IMG/VR virus record: IMGVR_UViG_3300020045_001406
Location: 1-33,674 of that record
Source: a virus
Taxonomy: Duplodnaviria > Caudoviricetes
Strand: one strand, 5' to 3'
DNA: 33,674 nucleotides
Shown here: piece by piece, positions 8,279-18,100 of the stretch
Layout: every line of letters starts with the position of its first letter
How positions within the stretch are numbered: the stretch's first letter is position 1
Position numbers and translations under genes: made by a program
Notes under the pieces: model-generated
Databases searched by the model: none
Told to the model about the DNA's origin: nothing
Seen by the model: the letters and a program-made list of their open reading frames with translations, nothing else

Positions 8279-8920
8279 ATGGCATCCAAAGTTTCCATCG
8301 CAAATCGCGCGCTGACAAAGCTGGGGGAGGACCGAATCCTGCTCCTGACAGACGACAACAAGAAGGCGCGCACCATCAACCAGATGTTTGACGACGTGCT
8401 CGACGCCGAGTTGCGGCGCTATCGCTGGAAATTCGCTATCGCTCGCACCAGTCTGCCGGCTCTCGCTGACGCCCCGGCCTGGGGTTACGCCTACCAGTAC
8501 CCGTTGCCGTCCGACTACCTCGCCCTGGTGCAGGTCAACGACATCTATGTGCGCTCTGGCACGCAGGTCGGGCTGTGGTCCGTTGAGGCTGGCAACATCC
8601 TGACCAACATCGAGGCCCCTTTGAAGCTGCGCTACGTCATGCGCGTCACAAACCCCGGCCTGTTCGACTCGCTGTTCTCCGAGGCGCTGGCCTGCAAGCT
8701 GGCGGTCGAGGCGTGCGAGGTGCTCACGCAGTCTGAAACCAAATACGCGCGCATGGTCGAGGCTTACAAGATGTCCATGTCCGAGGCGACGCGCCAGGAC
8801 GCCATCGAAAACCCACCCGACGAACTGCCGCAGGGTTCGTGGCTCGATGCGCGAGGTGGCGACTATGTGCCCGGCACCACGCTGGACGTGACGCAGTACC
8901 CTTCGGGGTTCAGCTTATGA
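8279..8920 (+). CDS. Tail tubular protein A / adaptor (T7 gp11-like)
   Basis: MAS.VSIANRAL.KLG..RI, W.FA..R..L, Y.YQYPLPSD.L, FD.LF.EALA..LA...C..LT. Confidence 0.88.
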   Translation: MASKVSIANRALTKLGEDRILLLTDDNKKARTINQMFDDVLDAELRRYRWKFAIARTSLPALADAPAWGYAYQYPLPSDYLALVQVNDIYVRSGTQVGLWSVEAGNILTNIEAPLKLRYVMRVTNPGLFDSLFSEALACKLAVEACEVLTQSETKYARMVEAYKMSMSEATRQDAIENPPDELPQGSWLDARGGDYVPGTTLDVTQYPSGFSL

Positions 8921-11145
8921 GCAAGGCAAGCCCCATGTCGGGCTCGTTCAATGCTGGCGAGCTGAGCCCCAAGCTGGGCGCGCGGATTGATTTTGCGAAG
9001 TATCCCAACGGCGCATCCATCCTGGAGAACTTCATTCCGACCGTGCAGGGGCCGCTCGATCGCCGGGCCGGCACCCGGTTCGTGGGAGAGGTCAAGGACA
9101 GCGCCAAACGCGTCCTGCTGCAGCCCTTCGAGTTCTCGGTCGATCAGGCCTACATGCTGGAGTTCGGCCATCTCTACTGCCGGTTCTACACCTGGGACGA
9201 GGTTACCAAGGTGCGCGGCATCCTGGAGTCGTCGCCGGGCGTCCCGGTCGAAGTTGTGACACCCTATACCGAGGCCGACCTCTACAACACCGATGGCACG
9301 CCGCGGCTGCGTTTTGCTCAGTCTGGCGACAACCTTTACATTGCGCACGGGCTTTACCAGCAGCGCACCATTGCGCGCACCAGCGCGACATCGTTCTCGA
9401 TCTCGCTGTTCGCCAGCAAGGGCGGCCCTTGGCAGTCCCTGAACGACACCGCCACCACCATGTATGCGTCGGCCGAGACTGGCGCCGGCATCACGCTCAC
9501 TGCCTCCGCGGCGGTGTTCACGGCGGCCATGGTAGGCACGCTGGTCCGGCTCGAATCCAAAGACCTGAACGCCATCCCTGCGTGGGAGGTGTCAAAGGCC
9601 ATTGGGGCCAGCGCGCGTCGGCGCTCGGACTCCAAGACCTACGAGGCGTTGAACGCGGCCACCACCGGGACGGCCAAGCCGGTCCATTCCGAGGGTGCCC
9701 TCTATGACGGCGACACCGGCGTACAGTGGCAGTTCCGTGATCCTGGTTATGGCTATGTCCGCATCACCGGTTTCACCTCCACCACGGTCGTCACGGTTGA
9801 CGTGGTGGATCGGTTGCCATCTCAGGTCGTGCTCGTCGGCAATGCCACCACCCGCTGGTCGCTTGGCGAATGGTCATCCGTGCAGGGCTGGCCGACCGAC
9901 GTGGCGTTTTTCCGTGAGCGCTTGTGGTGGGGCCGCAAGCAGTACCTGTGGGGCTCGGTGTCCGCCGACTTCACCGACTACAGCCCGCTGAATTTCGGGC
10001 AGGTCACCGACGACATGGCCATGAGCGTGACCCTGGTGTCGGGCCGCATCAACGACGTGCAGTGGATGGTGGGCGACGAGGACCTGCTCTGTGGCACGGC
10101 TGGCGGCGAGTTCTCTGTGGGCGAGCTGCAAAACGGCAAGGCGCTGGCGCCGGGGAACGTCAAGGCCAAGCTGATTTCAGGCTACGGCAGCCGCGCCATC
10201 CCGCCCATCAAGAACGGCGACGCGCTGTTGTTTGTGCAGCGCGCGGGGCTAAAGGCGCGCGAGGTCACCTACGACACGATCTCGTACAAATACAAGTCGA
10301 CCGACGCGACCGTCCTGGCCGAGCACATCACGGCATCCGGTCTGGTGCAGATGGCCTTCGCGCAGGAGCCAAACCCCATCGTGTGGGCGATCCGCGCCGA
10401 CGGCAATCTGCTGGGCTTTACCTGGAACAGCGAGCAGGACGTGCGCGGCTGGCATCGTCACCCGATCGGCGGCGACGGCGTAGTCGAGTCCGTGGCGGTC
10501 ATGCCTGCGGCTGAAGGCGACCACTCCGAGCTGTGGTTGGTGGTTCGCCGCACGATCAACGGCGTGACCAAGCGGTTTGTCGAATACATGGAGCGGCCCT
10601 GGCGCGATGGCGATACCCAAGCGTCGGCATTCTACGTGGATTCTGGGCTGACCTATGACGGCACGCCAGTCACCGTGATTGCCGGACTTGGGCATCTGGA
10701 GGGCATGACTGTCGATGTGCTTACCGATGGCGCGCCTCACCCGCAGCGCGTCGTCACAGGCGGCTCGATCACCCTGCAGCGCTCAGCGTCCGTGGTGAAC
10801 ATCGGGCTTCCCTGCCCCTGCAAGTACCGATCGATGAGGCTTGAGGCTGGCGCGTCCGATGGCACCTCGCAGGGCAAGACCAAGCGCATCCACAAGGCGG
10901 TGCTCCGTTTCCTGGACACTGGCGGTGGCCGCTACGGCTCGTCCGAGGACAACATGGACGCCTTGCAGTTGCGCACGGCCAGCGATCCCATGGGCGCGCC
11001 TGTACCGTTGTTTTCTGGCGATAAGGTGGTCCCGTGGCCCGAAGGCTACAACACCGACGCGTACCTGATGTTCGTTAATGACCAGCCGACGCCAGTCACG
11101 TTGCTGGGGCTTATGCCGCAAGTTGCGACGGCAGACGCGCGATGA
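8917..11145 (+). CDS. Tail tubular protein B / nozzle (T7 gp12-like)
   Basis: Start ATG 8917 (ATGA overlap). SFNAGELSP.L.AR.D..KY, NFIPTVQG...RR.GTRFV, GWP..V.FF.ERL, EQDV.GWHRH, YVDSGL.YDG, GL.HLEG..V.VL.DG. Confidence 0.9.
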   Translation: MSKASPMSGSFNAGELSPKLGARIDFAKYPNGASILENFIPTVQGPLDRRAGTRFVGEVKDSAKRVLLQPFEFSVDQAYMLEFGHLYCRFYTWDEVTKVRGILESSPGVPVEVVTPYTEADLYNTDGTPRLRFAQSGDNLYIAHGLYQQRTIARTSATSFSISLFASKGGPWQSLNDTATTMYASAETGAGITLTASAAVFTAAMVGTLVRLESKDLNAIPAWEVSKAIGASARRRSDSKTYEALNAATTGTAKPVHSEGALYDGDTGVQWQFRDPGYGYVRITGFTSTTVVTVDVVDRLPSQVVLVGNATTRWSLGEWSSVQGWPTDVAFFRERLWWGRKQYLWGSVSADFTDYSPLNFGQVTDDMAMSVTLVSGRINDVQWMVGDEDLLCGTAGGEFSVGELQNGKALAPGNVKAKLISGYGSRAIPPIKNGDALLFVQRAGLKAREVTYDTISYKYKSTDATVLAEHITASGLVQMAFAQEPNPIVWAIRADGNLLGFTWNSEQDVRGWHRHPIGGDGVVESVAVMPAAEGDHSELWLVVRRTINGVTKRFVEYMERPWRDGDTQASAFYVDSGLTYDGTPVTVIAGLGHLEGMTVDVLTDGAPHPQRVVTGGSITLQRSASVVNIGLPCPCKYRSMRLEAGASDGTSQGKTKRIHKAVLRFLDTGGGRYGSSEDNMDALQLRTASDPMGAPVPLFSGDKVVPWPEGYNTDAYLMFVNDQPTPVTLLGLMPQVATADAR

Positions 11146-11576
11146 GGATCGTCGCCTTCCGCCCTGAGCATGTGCGCGCTTTGGAGCTGCAGGACGCCCA
11201 GCGGTATTTCGTGGGCGATATCTCTGGCGAGGACTACGGGAGGATGCTGGCGCAGTCGCCCTATGCGTTCTCGGCCATCGACGGAGACCGCGTGATTGGC
11301 TGCTCGGGCTGCGTGGAAATTTGGGACAATAGAGCGATGGCCTGGGCGCTGATCTCAAAGGACGCAGGCCGGAACATGGTTGGCATCCACAAGGCCGTCG
11401 CTGGGTTTCTGGCTGGCGCAAAATGGAGGCGCATCGAGGCTTATGCCGACGAGGGCTTCGTGGCCGGGGCTCGGTGGCTGACCATGCTTGGGTTCCAGCG
11501 CGAGACGCCGGAGCCCATGCGGGCCTACCGACCTGATGGCGGCAATTGTTTTCTATATTCGAGGGTTAAGCTATGA
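11142..11576 (+). CDS. GNAT-fold tail/virion assembly protein (T7 gp13-like position)
   Basis: RRIEA.....F..G.RWL.MLGF.RE...MRAY.PDG motif; directly after the nozzle gene. Confidence 0.75.
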   Translation: MRIVAFRPEHVRALELQDAQRYFVGDISGEDYGRMLAQSPYAFSAIDGDRVIGCSGCVEIWDNRAMAWALISKDAGRNMVGIHKAVAGFLAGAKWRRIEAYADEGFVAGARWLTMLGFQRETPEPMRAYRPDGGNCFLYSRVKL

Positions 11577-12040
11577 GTGAAGAAGTTGACTGCAGTGCGC
11601 TGCTGGCGCTGCCAGATGTCCCGACGCGCGCGCAAATATTTGCAGCCGAGGCGTTCCTCGCCAGCCTGCCCAGCATCAAGGACGAGCTGACGACGGTGCA
11701 CAACTTCGCCCCTGGCCTGTACTCTCGCGAGCTGCACATTCCTGCAGGCACATTCCTGACCGGCCGCACGCACAAGACCGAGCATCTGAACGTCCTAGAG
11801 ATGGGCGATATCACGGTGTGGACCGAGGAAGGTATGAAGCGCATCAGCGCGCCGTTTAAGTACGTGTCCAAGCCCGGCACCAAGCGCATCGGCTACACCC
11901 ACACTGACACGGTGTGGACCACGTACCACGTCACGCAAGAAACGGACCTGGACAAAATCGAGGCGGAAGTCGTGGAGCCGACCGAGGACGTGTTGCTCCG
12001 CGCTTCTCAAGTCAACCAAATCGAGGGGGTAGTGCTATGA
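11573..12040 (+). CDS. Cupin-like (RmlC jelly-roll) phage protein
   Basis: H.FAPGLY.RE..IPAG...TG..HKTEH.N....G.I.V...SKPGTKR..Y.H.DTVW.T.H. Confidence 0.75.
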   Translation: MSEEVDCSALLALPDVPTRAQIFAAEAFLASLPSIKDELTTVHNFAPGLYSRELHIPAGTFLTGRTHKTEHLNVLEMGDITVWTEEGMKRISAPFKYVSKPGTKRIGYTHTDTVWTTYHVTQETDLDKIEAEVVEPTEDVLLRASQVNQIEGVVL

Positions 12041-12504
12041 GTTTCATGTGGGTTGCAGCCGGCGTGGCTGCTCTTGGGGCGATCCAGGCCGGCCAGGCGC
12101 AAAAGCAAGCGGCCAAGGCCAACGCTCAGGCCTTTGAATACAACGCGGCGCTGGATCGAGCGCATGCGGTGCAGGCGTCCTCCATGGCGTCGGTCAAGGA
12201 AGACGACCAGCGCAGGCAGGCTCGTTCGATCATCGGCTCACAGCTTGCGGAGTCCGCGAGTGCTGGCGCTGGCCTCAACAGCGATTTGCTGCGGCAGTCG
12301 ATTTTCAACATCGAGTCTGACGCCGGCGCGATCCGGTATGAAGGGCAGCTTAAAGCAGCCGGTCTCAACGACCAGGCGACCATCGGGGCGTTCAGCGCTC
12401 AGACCGAGCGCAAGAAGGGCCAGTCCGCACAGACGGCGGGCTATCTAAACGCGGCAGGATCGCTGCTTAATGGCGGCAGCTCGTACTACGCTGGAAAGAA
12501 ATAA
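12037..12504 (+). CDS. Internal virion (ejection) protein, small (T7 gp14-like)
   Basis: Start ATG 12037 (ATGA overlap). Hydrophobic Gly/Ala N-terminus, Ala/Gln-rich helical body. Confidence 0.75.
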   Translation: MSFMWVAAGVAALGAIQAGQAQKQAAKANAQAFEYNAALDRAHAVQASSMASVKEDDQRRQARSIIGSQLAESASAGAGLNSDLLRQSIFNIESDAGAIRYEGQLKAAGLNDQATIGAFSAQTERKKGQSAQTAGYLNAAGSLLNGGSSYYAGKK

Positions 12505-12507
12505 CCA

Positions 12508-15135
12508 ATGGCTTCAATACCAACATACCAGCGCCAGGCCATGGTGCAGGGCGACATGCAGGGCGCTCGCGCCAACACCAACAACCAGGCAGATGACGCC
12601 ATCGGGCGGGCCATGCAGGGCCTTGGTCAGCAGGGCATGGGGCTGGCTTCGACCTTGATGCGGGTTGACGTCCAGCAGGCCAAGGAAGCGGAGAAGAAAG
12701 CGGAGGACGCAGCTTCCGTGCAGGTGTCCAACATCCTGTCTCAAGGCGACGTGTACTGGCAGGAGAATGTCACCAAGGCGACGCAGGGCTGGACGGTTGG
12801 CGGCCCTGATCTGCGGGAAACGATCGGCAAGGAGTTTGACACCTGGGCCACTCAGAACACCGAGAAGCTGCCGACCGACGCGTCCAAGAAATACTTTCAG
12901 CAGCATGCTGCCGGGATGAAGTCGCGCCTGCAGACTGGCGTGTTCACCTACCAGCAGAAGGCGACCACCGCCAAGCTGGATGCCGACACGTCTGCGGGAA
13001 TGCAGGCTGACGAGAACGTTGTGTTCAACGACCCCAAGCGGCTTGACGAGATTTACCGTCGCCGCATGGAGCCCATGATCGCGCGCTCGGATTTGACTGA
13101 GGCCGACAAGATCACCGCGGCAACCAAGTACAAGGCCCAGCTTTCCATGGCGGTTGAGCGGGGGCAGATGGAGCGCGACCCCGCGGGCTGGTACCGTGAT
13201 CGGTTCGGCGAGTTCAAGGTAGCGGGTGCTGCCGGCGCTACTAAAGCGCGCGCGGCAGGGGGCGGCTTCGACGCTGTCATGGCGGACGTGTTCCGGCACG
13301 AGGGCGGCTACAACGCCAAGGACGGAGGCAATGGCGCGCCCGTGAACTTCGGCATCAATCAGGGGCACAACCCTGATATCGATGTGAAGAACCTCACCAA
13401 GGCGGAGGCGGCCAAGCTCTACAAGACCCGCTACTGGGACAAGATCGGTGGCGACAACCTGCCTCCAGAACTGCAAGGCACCGCGATGGACGCGGCGGTC
13501 AACCAAGGCCCGGCCAACGCGAAGAAGTGGATCGATGCGTCAGGCGGCGACCCGGTGAAGTTCAACGCTCTGCGGCGTGCTCACTACGAGAAGCTTCTCG
13601 AAGACCCCAAGAACGCAAAGTATCGCGGGACCTGGATGCGGCGCATGGCCGAGGCTGAAACCGGACGATCCGGCACAGCGGCTGCACCCGGCGCTCCTCC
13701 TGGCGATGGCGCCCGGTATGCGGGGCAGGCTGACGTCACGCAGCCAGCAACGTTCTCCGGTCTGGATTACGAGAAGCAAATCCAGATGAAGAACCACGCC
13801 GAGATGCTGCTGAAGCAGGCCGAGTCCACGTTCAAGGCGTCGGCCGATCGCGCTGTCAGCGATGCCGTGGCCATGCACAAGGATGGCATGGTGGACCCGC
13901 AGGAGCTGCAGCCCGAGTTCTTCGCCCGTGCCTATGGCCCCGACGCGGTCCGCATGCACGACGAGTACATGGCGTCCCGCGAAATGGGCGAGGACATCGG
14001 GAAATTCAAAACGCAATCTGAAGGCGAGATCGCCGCCGAGGTGCGCGCTTCTGAACCCACACCTGGTGCCGGCTACGCATCGGCGGACGCACGGCGGAAC
14101 ATTCGCGTGCAGGCGGCCCACCAAGTGCTGCAGGCGCGCAAGGACGACCCAGCTGGCTACGCGGTCAAGACAAACGAAAGCCTCTCCCGGCAGCGCGCAG
14201 TGATCGACAACCCGCAGACGCCGGCTGAACAGCGGCCCGGTCTGGTGCAGCAGTTCGTGCGCGAAAGCCTGGCTGAGCAGCAGCGTCTTGGCATCCAGTC
14301 GCCGCAAGTGCTGACGCCAGCGCAAGCCGACGCGATCGCCAAGCGGGCCATTTCCTCACAAAAGCCGGAGGACAGCGCAAACCTGATCGCCGGGCTTGAG
14401 GCTGAGTACGGCGGGTTCTTTCCCAAGGTGTTCGGCGAACTGGTGAAGGCCGGGAAAATCAGTGGTGAACTGCTGTTGATCCCCAATCTTCCGAGCCAAT
14501 CCTCGCGCGAGACTGTTTCTCGACTGGCCCGTGTGAAAGAAGCCGATCTGGCGCAAGGCATCGACGCGGCTGGTCAAAAGGACGTCAAGGACCAGATCAC
14601 GGACAAGATGGGGGAGTTTGCCAAGGCCGTGCCCATGATGAGCGAGCAGGCGGCGGGTGTCGTGAATGCCTACGAAGGCAGTATGCGCAAAATCGCATAC
14701 TCGTTCATGGTCGGCGGGGCCAGCCCGAAGGACGCGGTATCGCAGGCGCACAAGATGCTGCTGGGTCACTACCAGTTCGACGAAACCATGCGCGTTCCTG
14801 CGTCGGTTGATCTGTCGGCCACCAAGCGTGGCGCCAAGCACATGCTGGACAAGGACATGGTAGGCATCGATGTGCCGGCTGATCTGGTGGGAGCGCGAAC
14901 ACCTGAAGCACGGGCGGCCGAGTGGCAGGACACCGTGAAATCTCGCCCGGTTTGGTTCGCCAGCGACGATGATCGGGGTTTGACGCTTTATGCTCAGGGG
15001 GCGGACGGCGTGCGCCGCCGCGTGACCCGTGGCGGCAATCCCGTGACCTACTCATGGGCTGATTTGGCCGGTCGCGTATCAAAAGGAGGCGGGCGCCAAG
15101 CGTCTGGCTCTGTAACTTATCCAGGAACCAAATAA
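12508..15135 (+). CDS. Internal virion (ejection) protein with inserted GH108 lysozyme domain
   Basis: MA.IPTY.RQ start, helical body. Insert at ~13267-13650: HEGGY...NFGI...VKNLT..EA..LY..RYW...LP...DAAVNQG. Confidence 0.8.
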   Translation: MASIPTYQRQAMVQGDMQGARANTNNQADDAIGRAMQGLGQQGMGLASTLMRVDVQQAKEAEKKAEDAASVQVSNILSQGDVYWQENVTKATQGWTVGGPDLRETIGKEFDTWATQNTEKLPTDASKKYFQQHAAGMKSRLQTGVFTYQQKATTAKLDADTSAGMQADENVVFNDPKRLDEIYRRRMEPMIARSDLTEADKITAATKYKAQLSMAVERGQMERDPAGWYRDRFGEFKVAGAAGATKARAAGGGFDAVMADVFRHEGGYNAKDGGNGAPVNFGINQGHNPDIDVKNLTKAEAAKLYKTRYWDKIGGDNLPPELQGTAMDAAVNQGPANAKKWIDASGGDPVKFNALRRAHYEKLLEDPKNAKYRGTWMRRMAEAETGRSGTAAAPGAPPGDGARYAGQADVTQPATFSGLDYEKQIQMKNHAEMLLKQAESTFKASADRAVSDAVAMHKDGMVDPQELQPEFFARAYGPDAVRMHDEYMASREMGEDIGKFKTQSEGEIAAEVRASEPTPGAGYASADARRNIRVQAAHQVLQARKDDPAGYAVKTNESLSRQRAVIDNPQTPAEQRPGLVQQFVRESLAEQQRLGIQSPQVLTPAQADAIAKRAISSQKPEDSANLIAGLEAEYGGFFPKVFGELVKAGKISGELLLIPNLPSQSSRETVSRLARVKEADLAQGIDAAGQKDVKDQITDKMGEFAKAVPMMSEQAAGVVNAYEGSMRKIAYSFMVGGASPKDAVSQAHKMLLGHYQFDETMRVPASVDLSATKRGAKHMLDKDMVGIDVPADLVGARTPEARAAEWQDTVKSRPVWFASDDDRGLTLYAQGADGVRRRVTRGGNPVTYSWADLAGRVSKGGGRQASGSVTYPGTK

Positions 15136-18100
15136 TGCAATATCTCGGCACAGACGACCAGGGCACGAACTCGTTTTCACTGCAGGACTTTGAGCCCTCG
15201 TTTGGGTCGAAACTGAACGCCTCCGTGCGCGAGTCCTGGCTGGAGTCTTACGGCCCGGTTGCGAAGGACTGGTGGGACAGCCGAAGCGATGACGGCACCA
15301 AGCGGCTCTCAGCGGTTGAGGCTCAGGACTACGCCAAGACCAACGGCGGCGGCGTCAAGCTGAACATTACCCCCAAGGACGGCCAGTACACAGCCGGGCA
15401 GTGGGGCACCATCGTATCGCGCCAACGCGAGCTGGCTGCCGTCAAAGACGTGCGGGAGCGCACGCCTTGGGACATGGGCTCTGTCGTTCGTGGCGGCGCG
15501 ATGTTCGGCGCTGGCATCGTGGACCCCATCAATCTGGCGACCGCCTTTGTACCATGGACTCGCGTAATCGGCGCGGCGCGTGGGCTGCAGGCGGCGGTCA
15601 TGGCTGAATCGGCTCTCACGCGGGCGGGGGCTCGGGCTGGTCTTGGCGCGATTGATGCGGGAGTCTCAACGGCTGTTATGGAACCCGCATTTTCCTATGG
15701 CCGGGGCCAGCTTGGCGACGACTACGGCGCGCTGGACTCCATGGCCAACATCGCCTTTGGCACTGCGTTCGGCGGTGGACTGCATGTGATCGGTGGGGCT
15801 GGGGCTGATGCCCTGAAATCCTGGCGCGGCAGTCCTGCGACCATGGTCACACCCAACCCATCGATGGACACCGCGGCGCCTCTGGCTGGCGCTGCTGCTG
15901 GCCTGGACACTCGCGTCAAGGTGGGCGACGCCTACGAGCCCGCGCGCTGGTCTGTGGTCGAGGCTGACACCCTGCAGGCCACCGTGGACAAGGCCGACAA
16001 CCAGTTCCGAGACCGTTCGCGCCCGGCATACCAGGCTGAGATTCAATCACGGGCCAATGCGCTCGACCCGGCCATGGTGCTGGGGGACTCGCCGGTCATG
16101 GACATCGGCGCACCGACCCTGGCTGCTGATGGCCGCATCGTTGGAGGCAATGGGCGCACGCTGTTCATCAACAAGGCCTACGAGATCGGCAAGGGCGGCG
16201 ACTACCGGGCTGCGCTTGAAGCGCGCCTGACTGACCTTGGAATCGATGTGGACGCTGTACGTGGCATGAGCAAGCCCGTGCTGGTGCGCCAGTTCACGCG
16301 CGAGGTCGATGTGAAGCGCGCGGCCATGCTGTCGAACGAAGGCGGCGCCACCGACATGAGCCCGCTGGAGCAGGCCAAGGTGGACGCTGAACGCCTGGGC
16401 GATGCGCGCCTGTCGGTCTCTGCCGACGGCGACATCAACAACGCTGACAACCGGGTCGCCATCCGTAAATGGGTTGAGGCCCAGCCTGACAACAAGCGCA
16501 ACTCGATCATGGACTCGGACGGAAAGCTGTCGCCTGAAGGTCTGCGCCGGCTCAATGGCGCCATGCTGTTCAAGGCCTACGGCGACACGCCCGTGCTGGC
16601 CCGGTTGATCGAGGCTGTCGATCCTGGCTCCCGCAACCTGGCGCTGGCTTTGGGGCGCACCGCTCCGGTGGTGGCAAACTCACGCGCGGCCATTGCGGCT
16701 GGCGATCTGCACCCGCTGGACATTGCGTCCGACTTGCAGCAGGCGGTTGAGAAGTACAACCAGATTCGCGGGCAGGGCGGCAAGGTGTCTGAATACCTGG
16801 CTCAGCTCGACGCGTTTGGCGATGGCCTGACGCCCGAGGCCACCATGCTGCTGGACTTCATGGGCCGCAACATTCAAAGCCCGCGGCGCATCATGGATGC
16901 CATCACAGGGTTCGCCGATCGGCTGAACGAGGCAGGCAACCCCAAGCAGTCCGACATGTTTGGCGCAGCGTCAGCCCCTGACAAGACACGCATGCTGGAG
17001 GATGCCATTGCGGCTGCCGAGGCGCGCCCTGACAGCGCTACCGAGGTGGTAGCTGGCCTGGCCCCTGAAACCCGCGAGGCGGCCCTGCGTGCGTCCGTGG
17101 CGCAGTCTGTGGACGGCCGCGATGTGGATGTTGATGCGGTGATCGGCCTCGACCCAGATCGCGCCACCCACACCATTGAAGACGCCAAGGCGGCGGCGGA
17201 CCGGAACTTCGAGCCTGATCAGGTATCTGTGGCGGATGCTGACGCGTCGGCTGATGTGCAGGCACGCGTGGACGCGGCCCCGAAGTGGCATGCGCTGAAG
17301 GATGCCGAGGACGCGCTGGCGGATGCCGATGTGTTGCTGGCGGACACCGTGGCGGCGGGCGATCAGGCGTTTAAGTACAGCCGGGAGGCGGTTGATCCGG
17401 AGAAGGTGTCCACTCCTGACACTCTGACCGAATCCCTGCGCCAGTCTTTCGGGGCCAGCACCGAGCGGCTCATGCAAGAGGGCCGCATCAAGCTGGTGGC
17501 GACGCCCGACGAAATCCCAGGCGGGCCACACCCTGGTGACGTGAAGGCAGCGACAGCGCCGGACGGCACCGTCTACGTGGTGGCCTCCAACGTGTCGGAG
17601 CTTGAGGCCCGCGGCATCCTTCTGCACGAGGTTGGCGTCCACGTCGGCATGGAGAAGATGCTCGGCACCGACGTGTTCCGGTCCGTGCTGCGTGAGTTGG
17701 ACGACGCCATCGGTCGCGGTGAAGATTGGGCTCAGGCGGCGCGCTCACGCGTACCCAAGGAAACGCCTGCTGATCTAGTGCGAGAGGAGCAGCTTGCCTA
17801 CTTGGTGCAGCACGCTCCCGAGTTACCAATCGTGCAGCGCATCATGGCGGCAGTGCGGGCCTGGGTATATCGCACGTTTGAGTTCGCGCGGGAGACCGTG
17901 AAGGAGGCCGACGGCAAGGAGCGCACGCGGGTTCAACTGACCGAGGCTGACTTCCGCGCCATGGCTGTGGCGGCGCTGCATGATGCGGCTCGCAAGCAGG
18001 ACGCGCCCGATGTGGCGTTCGCCTATTCCCGCGGCGAAACCCCGGACCCATCCACAACCAAGGACGAGCTCAAACCCTACGACGACGCGGTGAAGCGCGC

